Virus record (IMG/VR): IMGVR_UViG_3300025102_000043 | Span: 1-52,698 of that record | Origin: a virus | Taxonomy: Duplodnaviria > Caudoviricetes | Direction: 5' to 3' (one strand) | Length of the DNA: 52,698 nt | Shown: one piece after another, positions 10,601 to 17,500 of the stretch | Position numbering within the stretch: the first letter of the stretch is position 1 | Layout: every line of letters begins with the position of its first letter | Made by a program: the position numbers and the translations under genes | Notes under the pieces: generated by a model | Seen by the model: the letters and a program-made list of their open reading frames with translations, nothing else | Told to the model about the DNA's origin: nothing | The model's database searches: none

Positions 10601-11382
10601 AGGTCTATAGCCATGCCATGCAGATGATATGAATGCGAATGCCCACCAACTTTATTATTTAAATCTTCATCTCTAAAGGCACTCTCTATATTTAGTGGGA
10701 CATGATTTTCCCAAACACTACCTAATTCTTCAATAGCTGTGTTTACAGCTGGATTAACTAAATTGTTTGTTAAAGTTGGATTAAAGTTTATATTTTTATT
10801 TTCAGTAGTTATAGGTACAAGACTTTCTTTTTCTACAGATTTTGTTGGGTTACTAGAATCTATTTCATTTTTAGTAATAATATCATTATCTCTAGATTCC
10901 TCTTCTTCTGGTGCTTGAGACTCTTTATAGTTCTCTATGTTTTCAACTAATAAATTTGTTAACTCATCATCATTGTTGATAGTAACATTTATTTCACCAC
11001 TAACTACAGAATCTAGAAACTCTTCTTTATTTACTTGACTTATTAAAGTTTGTCTTGATACTGTGGCTCCATTGACTGTGTATAATGGAACATTACCCTC
11101 TGAAGAGTCCAAACCACCAGTTTCCCCATCTGACGTAATATCTTCCCCATCCAAATTTTCTTCTGATTGGTCTTTTTTTTTTAAGCCATAAGTTTCTTTT
11201 ATGGTGTTCAGTTTATCATCATCTAGCTGAGCTCCACCATATTTGGAGTACAGGTCTTTAAGTAATCCATCAATATCATCTCCATAGGTTTGTTTTATAG
11301 AGTTTATCTTATTTTGGTCAAGTTTTTCATTAGTATACTTACCATAAAAATCTACCAATAATGAGTCTAAATCTTCATTCAT
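1630..11382 (-). CDS. Giant multi-domain virion/ejection protein with peptidase M15 and zincin-like domains
   Basis: 3250 aa, last gene of the ejection block; SAFRD..LN..VGG..HSYHLHGMAIDL...HVHVQF (M15); FHESAHPF...EEAMAE (HExxH); long helical regions. Confidence 0.8.
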   Translation of the reverse strand: MNEDLDSLLVDFYGKYTNEKLDQNKINSIKQTYGDDIDGLLKDLYSKYGGAQLDDDKLNTIKETYGLKKKDQSEENLDGEDITSDGETGGLDSSEGNVPLYTVNGATVSRQTLISQVNKEEFLDSVVSGEINVTINNDDELTNLLVENIENYKESQAPEEEESRDNDIITKNEIDSSNPTKSVEKESLVPITTENKNINFNPTLTNNLVNPAVNTAIEELGSVWENHVPLNIESAFRDEDLNNKVGGHSHSYHLHGMAIDLTGPSSKEFLNWVNNTAEGKKWANKWTEGAGGGPGIIIEDEGGPREHVHVQFKRNLGNRQSIEDTIHGEFHNHEHLDPEFNPPSTKEELINDLENRGRFALSTNKIDNGFDITDLLYKSHAGKESNIPNLKLSDISHLLDEDEKRLLNHYIKGSEDFKGNPTKYLFMPVSSMKKGEYWKQWWGDVRHPNDKKTYFNIIQKVEEKINQYLTSGWEHLGNSEYKHTETGVVISPDMTGGANPLLASSSALPELINQMQSDPNFLKDINSDGIAENFNGGLINQLYEKFNLDNSTFLKGEIESISNEDKKQIKKSEYDLKAGQFTLELFDNLSKSMEGSKSMSEINRKTEQIGEEIILAEQWLKEQLALINDFPTLAHGPLDTRGMKQSDLNRYNKLVSDFNNFRNTKYAELILKRENHLKGDNNVLLLDKLINGYNSSLNYLMSTTDEPVYKKRQDKLLKRRNASQKAYNESTWLGKGLRNISSVTLGTLGNFVESISSIPQQAKGIFSYENEYDMTDKIAGVTSEFITKNMEEAGTSWLYKPTSLTNSESMGNVYYANVEDGTIIFDSNNEIKNIITKDNYVINPESDRYANIIKEYENNKESYPTQKKKEWGGSFYNLAHATTDFILDMTIAKRVGGGTKKLTNSARAGKFGFYAGLYGATNIRMYNMYYAEGIRQGMLPGDASDMASQASLVSSVIEIATPDFGMINPSVKRMATNKALDAISDRVGKDVVDAAIKRGIVNSVFSKKALKYGVIEGGEELAQGAAVDLIKDQWWNKYEFDTKFNVNDALEEFTIGAIIGSGATAVTDVSSSFNKEYIKSGMYKDGMYHAYTNQEDTFKAIDNQIGKEVMVGGKLKTFTKNDAKKLKDGLKNKFKTMENLIGKTSLSDLSKRELLNLVEYKQNAEGLQGSLNKDVQEEVKKRIEQSDKAINRILKNEDPVKVMYDLSSSIDFEVREYVGNFMDISRLGIGTKALIRRITKGDSLTESQQKDSLDAIKRRITTLDAQENLNQEQKSELALLKKLEKDVTNIKTIKDEKIITRGRGKTRGASRGTKGTSIREDITEADTEQDRTTLNQNIGKPVSYKGKQGILDKNKNGEFVLKTPGRGKGIKIKDAGTGRKRLSTVGLKYEGKKVSVDSSGQLNIDGKDTGNILGFSKNDTGSLNSIITLDNQYSEEIKNKAIKKFNSLQKQRNQGKITTQQFNEAVSKTKGLTLQSNNSIKFGAAAGKITNDILSAGNADVISMKDVEQMIEEAIDELGYETEQNQQKEQDKKPVDKKKKSKKEIKQQKRVINPLFDSVTDNNIDSLIDEYSKYEGEVYDRKVKVLKIVKKLYNSLGFNVTIHKDEASLREFFASNGVNLSEIGRAIISEEGIDGGTPEIHINLDIANPNTMFHESAHPFITSLIKMSKTNPEIKKVLDGIKKDLESIEGGKYMKFAKLGYAKGKGGALLRDTDVKDKDISNPDKVLEEAMAEFLADAGLKKFDENQSTLNKAKSYIQSIIKYLLGVDTNAPLNLTLNDLSEITNLDDVTKIFTQATSRGLNINEKKRGKSTGEMKSQYNIDDQFKSHKENGGSTYNNFFGNVSGPYAMVGIFPELGKIVKGGDVTKKELEEYRAANQELLDMDNHVAVGTWYDSESNQTYLDISVAIPIEMIEEAKQLGREYNQKAIFNLQTFEDVSTGGTGETVAQGDATINERIQTIKDLIGQPDVKNQRVVTLGGSGFSSLNTSIKFSDITHGTPKQWLKELKKYGGSNLSQEIKFMGIKDFLDSVERSYPDGIPKVALEDYISMHQTSMQFSGNTMSVILGNETLADVDYEVVSNDVGEKVLFIKNIKAPNSKMMSNIAPVVRNIISFASTENYNGIAFESGDAFKGPRAEFFDSVIPEVVNDIMQSIDSKAGPVLSEVGGQAKTTIEITSPVVSVVEDMLNPSKDTEYQDGFNNNAKTIYSTEYKNQLGGQWLKGTSDFFSDFSFRRELLPMGNIPKKVFDMEWRYKSKIKAEKFKLLKLVDRMRSAIEENQKSNNPIPLRVINDVLSDPTVKIQELESEIKNYEYDLENLDRDGKTYAAGAVIDRIREVEEQIKSLKENHVGKATMKDLESAPELQKLIKQVRRKVDSLSRKLKDVVADKLGVVLDKNMGIYINRQYRIHNDQGYKKKMLKAINALIKAKADPKKIEKVVKRYGKEADLIQSSYEFIRKTLANKYKKKYKNENEITEEQILLDIKRMFSDGPESSDFMKAVNRANDVNTGVFKQREDLPDAISNLFSEAKNPLFNIVSTLTKQTSELEALEFKANAVAAMEGSLVYREDNLPPELSDTHRYPVTLKFSDAVYYTTKEVKEFIDGEVYNPTGAYRIAQVMNGAIKLGKTVYSLKTHVRNFLGNMYFASINGHFSYSDMKESFNVMQNLFDKSTTQEREQMFATMIENGIIDSVYADELQDIMRDGDLGIAMTELFDSGMDMDKVKKRKPGLLKKINTLVNKAYLWEDVIWKGAGFISEVDLFQRAGYERTEAIKMAADNVRGGYTTYSLVPKVGKRIRRMLLVGDFISFPAEVLRTGIGSLKVANKMIRSGNPVLQRSGYKRLFGTVFAWSTLPHLYTGIAALFASAIGMLKDFTDDDDEGLADNPLMDYALMNEEQRDIDKEFTLYDSYSDWFDNNHGGVDFNELKMDDITRDKMIQLFLPSYMKYGDVKLVSAQLGDEGYFDGTYYVWNSSDNMSNNVITRVINAIINTPEDDPTFDKIIKNDVINSMLETFFSPSMMFQILEDLSKREKQSGGKLDDTTDDWFDRLGNSITHVVSESMPGIGDQIYDMMESWQPELFLDEDEMDRKKSPVHETMSMTGFRFSRFNLQENLNFKVRDVSNTLKKLDPEGDGPKKIKREVERQMNYLDKLYTYSEALGIEERGVTVKDRNKERVLSELGNRDSVISMHIQGFSDGNMIYNFLNRDKRVYKNFNEWMEAQKKFTYADLLKSWQQEELSKERDPNIFEKVKEIIN

Positions 11383-13208
11383 TACAATACGCTGCTTCTG
11401 TTACTACTACTACTATTTCCACTGTTAGGGTCACTCACATAATTTTTACAATCTTCGTGAGAGTTAAAATCTAAACTACAATCAAGCTGTTTATTTAGTT
11501 GATTCATTCTACCCTCTGATTCTGATATTAGAATATCATTTCTATCCCCAGAACCTCTACCTGCAATTTGATATCTATAAGCCTCTGCAGGTATTATAGA
11601 TTTTAATAATACATTGTCTCCAGATATAGAGTATTTAATACCTAATGCATCTAACTTTCCTGCCTCACTTTTAGGTAATTTTACATTACCATATAAAGCT
11701 TCTCTATAACTACATCTTTTTTTCTCTTCAAGTGTAAGGCTTTGATATTTCTCTTGAGATATTGCTTTTCCATCTAGAAATAAAGAAACGCCATATTGAG
11801 CTCCTTCAAAGTCAACTTGCTGGTTATAAGAGTCTAATTGAATATCACTAACAACTTGGTTAAATCTAGTGTCTCCACCTATAATTGTTATATTATCAGG
11901 GTTTAAATCTACTTTCGTTGTTATAATACCCTTTTCTCCTGTGTCGTAAGCAGCTCCTTCAAAAACATAATTTGTGTTAGTTGCTGTTTTATAATCTGGG
12001 TTTTGGTTTGCTTGATTTACATTGAAACTTTTATCGTCATCATAAACTAAATCATGTTCATAACCAAATCCACTAATTTCTTGAACAGGTAAATTATATC
12101 TAGGAGTATCGCTTTTACTACCTGATGAAGTTGGTCCTTGACCTGTTCCTAGTCTATAAGCCATGTCTACAATATCAGCTTTTGTTATAATATGGTCTTC
12201 TCCCTTTTCTTGTCTTACTAGGGTTTTAAGATACTTGGAGTGACCATTAGTATTTCCAGTACCAGAATTATCATCCCAATGTCCACCACCACCAAAAATA
12301 TAAGCCTCTAAAGCTTTATAAGATAATTGGTCTATAGCTTTACCTGTTGTATCTCTTCTTATAAGATTCTCATACTCAGCAACAGTTTTTTGAAAATTAC
12401 CTTGACCAACATTAGAAACTTTATCACTAAATCCTAAATCTGTTAACCAATTTGAAAATCCCATTTGGTTATTGTCAAAATCAGTATCTTGACCAGTGTC
12501 TACAGGAGCCATAATAGGTATTGGTTCACCATTTCTATCTACAGCAGCTTTTTGAGGGTCAGTAGTTTCCTCACCATCCACACCCATATACACCTTCATT
12601 TGATTTCCTTCATTATCTAAAATAGGGTTTCCTGTGCTATCAGTTTTTACTTTATGAACTTGTTTTCTTTTTTTGCTATTAACAACCAATCTACCATTGT
12701 TGTCAAAAGTAAAATTAAAACTTTCACCACTCATGCCTTGTTTCCAGACATTTATCATATCATTTAATTTCTGCTCGTTTTCAGCGTTGCCATAATTATC
12801 TTCATCTGTAACCATTAACTCAGCAAGAGCATCATACCTACTTTTTAAATCGTCACCATAAGTGTTGAATATGTCTGCAGCACTCTGCATGTTAAGAAGA
12901 ACTTTATGAGCTTGTTTACAGTCAGGTCCACAATCTTCAGAACGATAGTCTATACTTAATACGCTTGAATTAGCCATAGCGTAATTATAAACTTGGTCAT
13001 TTAAATCTTCTTGAACAGCTAACATGTTCTCATTGTTTGTTCCAAATTCAGCTAATTGAAAATTGTAAGGTTTAGGTTTAGAAGCTTCTGTAGCTTTATC
13101 CTGCTTCATTTGAAGCTCTTTTCTTTTTAAGTATATATCAGCCCAACCTTGAGCTTCTTGGACAAGGTCTCTTCTTCCTACTATTTCTGAGACATTAGCT
13201 ATTGGCAT
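11382..13208 (-). CDS. Probable internal virion/ejection protein
   Basis: 608 aa; lies between the 419-aa cargo gene and the giant gene, abutting the latter; no enzyme motif recognised. Confidence 0.6.
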   Translation of the reverse strand: MPIANVSEIVGRRDLVQEAQGWADIYLKRKELQMKQDKATEASKPKPYNFQLAEFGTNNENMLAVQEDLNDQVYNYAMANSSVLSIDYRSEDCGPDCKQAHKVLLNMQSAADIFNTYGDDLKSRYDALAELMVTDEDNYGNAENEQKLNDMINVWKQGMSGESFNFTFDNNGRLVVNSKKRKQVHKVKTDSTGNPILDNEGNQMKVYMGVDGEETTDPQKAAVDRNGEPIPIMAPVDTGQDTDFDNNQMGFSNWLTDLGFSDKVSNVGQGNFQKTVAEYENLIRRDTTGKAIDQLSYKALEAYIFGGGGHWDDNSGTGNTNGHSKYLKTLVRQEKGEDHIITKADIVDMAYRLGTGQGPTSSGSKSDTPRYNLPVQEISGFGYEHDLVYDDDKSFNVNQANQNPDYKTATNTNYVFEGAAYDTGEKGIITTKVDLNPDNITIIGGDTRFNQVVSDIQLDSYNQQVDFEGAQYGVSLFLDGKAISQEKYQSLTLEEKKRCSYREALYGNVKLPKSEAGKLDALGIKYSISGDNVLLKSIIPAEAYRYQIAGRGSGDRNDILISESEGRMNQLNKQLDCSLDFNSHEDCKNYVSDPNSGNSSSSNRSSVL

Positions 13209-13218
13209 ATTTTATATT

Positions 13219-14478
13219 TTAAAGTTTTCCTATTGATGTTCTACCAAGGTTTCTTAATCTAAATTTTTGCTTTCCAGAAGGAACTCTAGGTTTATGTACA
13301 GCACCATGTTTAGCCATAGTCTTACCAAACTCTGCTTTAGATTCCTCTGTGTCCTCTGCCTCTCTATCCCATTTAGTTAATAGCCTATCCATTAGTTTAA
13401 CTAAAGACTTTCCATCATTATCTTTAATCATCCTTCTCATTTGTTTAACATTCTTAGGAGGCACAATAGCCTCTCCACCAGTCATTTCTCCTACTTTTTC
13501 TGGAGCTCCATTTTCTCCATTTTTCTGAACTAAATCAATAGGGTTTGATTCATGAGAAAATTTACCTGGGGTTACCTCTGGCTCTCCAGCTTCCATCATG
13601 TCTTTTGGCATACCACCTTTAGTAAACTTTTTCATTTTATCTTTAAGTTTACCACCACTAATTTTACCTAGCTTAACATCTAGTTTGCCATAATTAACAC
13701 CTAAAGTGTTCTTTCCTATTTTCCTAACAGCACCTCCATGCTTTGTTCCTACAAGGTCCTGTGCTATAACCCCCTTATACCTACCAGGACCCTTTGGAGC
13801 GTCTTCAGCATCTTTATACTCAAACTCACTAACCTGTACACCATCTTTGGTTTTTCCAACCTTCTTGATGTTCTTTTTTTCTTTTCTATCTGACAACGCA
13901 CTAGCTATAGTACCAATACCAGCATCTATAGCTCCATATTGTTGTTGTTGATAAGAAGCTAAATTTTGTTGACCTGCCATAACATCTTCTCTAGCGTAAT
14001 CAGCTAATTGAGCCTGTCTAGCATAATCAGCTTGCTCTCTAGCCTCTTGAGTGTTTCTAAGTTGTCCTCTCTCAGCTACACCAGCTTTTAAGCCTTGTCT
14101 TTGGGCAGTAGCTTGTTCAGTCGCTAGTTTTGACTCTTGTGCTTGACCTGCTCTGGCAGCAGCAAATGGGTCAACTCTAGAACCACCTCTAGTAGCAGCA
14201 GCCATAGCACCTGCTCTAGACCTTTCAGCAGCCTCTTGTCTTCTGTTTATTTCTGAACCACCAAGACCCTCTTTCATTTTCTCAATCTCAGGAGACATTG
14301 TTAATTTTTGTCTACTGTTTCTGAGCTCTTCTTCTTTAGCTAATTGAGCTTGTCTATCAGCTTCTGCTTTAGCTATATCTTTTTTAGATTGTTTAGCTCC
14401 TTTTATACCAGAGATTAAACCACCAATAAAGTATTTAGCAGCGTGTAATCCTTTTAATTTTTTCTTCTTTTTAGCCAT
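13219..14478 (-). CDS. Internal virion/ejection protein with an internal peptidase S74 (intramolecular chaperone) domain
   Basis: Ala/Gln-rich coiled coil; SDRKEKKNI...FEYK...GVIAQDL...VNY; C-terminal SHE...EMTGGEAI module. Confidence 0.7.
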   Translation of the reverse strand: MAKKKKKLKGLHAAKYFIGGLISGIKGAKQSKKDIAKAEADRQAQLAKEEELRNSRQKLTMSPEIEKMKEGLGGSEINRRQEAAERSRAGAMAAATRGGSRVDPFAAARAGQAQESKLATEQATAQRQGLKAGVAERGQLRNTQEAREQADYARQAQLADYAREDVMAGQQNLASYQQQQYGAIDAGIGTIASALSDRKEKKNIKKVGKTKDGVQVSEFEYKDAEDAPKGPGRYKGVIAQDLVGTKHGGAVRKIGKNTLGVNYGKLDVKLGKISGGKLKDKMKKFTKGGMPKDMMEAGEPEVTPGKFSHESNPIDLVQKNGENGAPEKVGEMTGGEAIVPPKNVKQMRRMIKDNDGKSLVKLMDRLLTKWDREAEDTEESKAEFGKTMAKHGAVHKPRVPSGKQKFRLRNLGRTSIGKL

Positions 14479-14485
14479 GGTTTTA

Positions 14486-14493
14486 CAAATATA
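14486..14493 (-). promoter_or_regulatory. TAnnTTTG promoter element (TATATTTG)
   Basis: Exact match 7 nt upstream of ATG 14478. Confidence 0.7.
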
Positions 14494-14505
14494 GTAATTA
14501 TTATT

Positions 14506-17500
14506 TTATTTATTACTAAGTTCACTGTTAATTGTATTTGCATTTACAGCAAACATGTTCATCTTATCTTTAGTTCTTTTTGTTAAGGTTGTGTCCATAT
14601 AGTGACCCTTTAATCTATCTCCTTCTATAGTAGAATTTCTTTTTACAAACATAAAAGTATTTGCTAAAGTAGCTGTAGCATTAGAAGCTAATGTAATCAT
14701 TCTATCTTCATCAATAGTATCTATTACCCCAATTAGTGTTTCAGTTCCAATATTATCATAATAAATTAAATCACCAACACTAATTCCTGCAGTCGTAAAT
14801 GTTGTGTTAGTTGTTGTTCCTTGAACCACTCCACCAACAAGAGCAGACCATGTGGTGCTTCCAAAAATCTCTTCATTACCATTGTTTGAAGAAACATGAC
14901 CTAAACCAATATATTCTCCACCTGATGTATTTGTTTCTCCAAATGGAATATTAGAAGATAAAATTTCCTCTCTTTCTACCCAATTACCTGGAAATAAATT
15001 TCCAGCCTCATCATTTCTATAAGACAGCCTGTGAGTTAAACTAGTTGTATTTATATTTGTTTCTAGTTTAGTTTCGTAAGCTGTATTATCAGCAGATATT
15101 ACAAATAAATTATTAAGTGCAGCTCCAGAAGCTGTTGAACTAGCTGTAATAAAAGCATTAACTTCACCAATAGATGTATTCATATTGGTTCCATTTGTTA
15201 TTGCAGTTATAACCCCAAGAGTTATGAGTGTTCCTTCATCATTATAAAATACAGAGTCTCCAACCATAAAATCATTGTTCTGGAAATCTGTATTAACCCC
15301 AACTAAAGTAGCACTACCAGAAGTTGCTGTAACAGTTGCAGGCTCACCATTTGAATTAGTAGATATTATAGGAATAGATTCTTTTTTAGAAGAACCTTCT
15401 ATTGATAAAACATTCCATGTTTTAACTGTAGAAACATCATTGTTAAATGGAGTAGATATTACAGATTCTTCAGGGTATGGGTTATCATAAAACATATTAT
15501 GATTATCAGGGTCTGAATCATGTTTATATAAGTCTCCATTTTTAAAGCTTATAAAAACTCTATTTAAAGTTCCATAATATTCAGGGTAGAATGTATAAAA
15601 ACTAGTCCACCTATTAGAACTTTCATTAAATGCTAATGTTTGTGGTGATGATGTTAACACATATTCTCTTCCATTGATTTGTTGCTCAGGTCTATCATCC
15701 TCTTCTGGAGTAAACTTATCAATGTCTCTTATTTTTGTTTTAACAGAACGTGTAGCTTTTCTATTTTCAAAGTTTACAGATTCTGCATTAAAATTATTAT
15801 TATTAGTATTAAAGAATGCCATTCTTTGTGGTTTGGTTGTGCTCTTTTCTGTACTATATATACCTGGGAAAGTTACTAAGTAATCACCATGCCTCCTATC
15901 ATACCCACCTAATATAAATAAACCCCCACCTAATTTTTCTTGATACTCAGAAAGTAGTATAGATTGATACTGGTCCATTTTATCTCTAAAGAAATCTTTC
16001 ATTTTATAATCAGACACAACTGTTAATCCATTGCCACCTAATCTTAAAACAGCTCCTTTTCTTATGTCTGTAAAGTATATAGTTTTTTCATGAACAGCTA
16101 CTGACTCTGGGTTTAAAGAAACGCCAAAGTCTCCACCAAAAGGAGTAGCAGTTTGAGGTAAAACATTATTAGATAAAGATATTCCCTCATCTCCTGATGG
16201 TGACGTTATTATAGATTTACTTACTAAAACTTCAGATATTTTCTTCTCTTGCATTAATACTAAATTAGTATCTCTGTTAACAAGTTTTTGAATAGAACCT
16301 AAAGATAGGTCATAGTCCATATATGGTCTTTGGCTAAAATTAAAAGAGTGTAATCCATTATATTGTGTATCTGGTTGGAATACATCAGAGTAAGTTAAAG
16401 TAGCTTCTCTTCTTTGTTCTTTTGCAAAAGTAGAATAAACGTGTGGTCTACCAATGTTACAATGATTAGTTTGCATAAAGTCATTTAAAAAGTAACTTTC
16501 ATATTGTTGACTTCCTAAGATTGCTACATTACCATCTTGGTCTAGTGATGTAAAAAACCTACTTTTCCACCAAACGTCTCCCCTTTTAAATATTCCTTCT
16601 GCAGGGGTGCTTAATGTTTTTTCATTAACATATACTTGACCTTGATTAGCCAAACCTCCCATATGAAATCTATTATCTGCACCAGGGTTTCCTATAAGGT
16701 GTCTTTCGCTAAATTCATGATAAAGAGTTAATTCTTCATTTAAATTTTTCTTAGGTCTATATATTTCAACTATAACTTTATGCCAGTTAGGTAAAACCCC
16801 ATCGCTATTTGCAGTTGATTTATCAAAGTCTGCTATATTTGGGTCAGCTATAATAATAAACTTACCTTCAATAGCGTCTTGAGTTGCGTTTCCACCAACA
16901 GGAGAATCTGAAACCTTTTTTGTTTCATCCATATTTGTCCCCCCTAATTCAAACCTTCCAGGAAAATGCCCAACATCACTAATTTTTAAATCAAAATATT
17001 TTTCAAATAAAGCATTAGCAAAATTAGCACCTTTAGTTATTAGTCTAACTCTATCTCCCTCAGCAAAGCTCCAGTCTCCAATTAAAGATTTATCTTTCTC
17101 ACTATAACTCCAATCTCTACCATCCATGGTATTTAAAGATATATAAAGTTTAGTGTCTGCTTCAGCTTCAGCTTGGGTTGTCCCAGCTTTTTTCCCCATA
17201 TTTATATATGCGTTATCAACAATAAATTGCATATACTTACCAACAGAAGTATTTCTCGCATACGCCCAATGATAATACTTAGCCCATATTGGTGGCTTAT
17301 GAAATATTTTCCAATATATACTTCCTGGATTTAATTTCTCTGGGTCAGTTAAAAGCTCTGTAGATATAGCACTAGGGTTGGTTGTAAGGAATTGTCCAGT
17401 AACTGGACCCATAGCATATTTTTTTTCATTTGGAAAATCTACATAGCATGATGAGTTTCTATCATATGTTGAATCACTAGAGTCTAAAGTGTTTAACATA

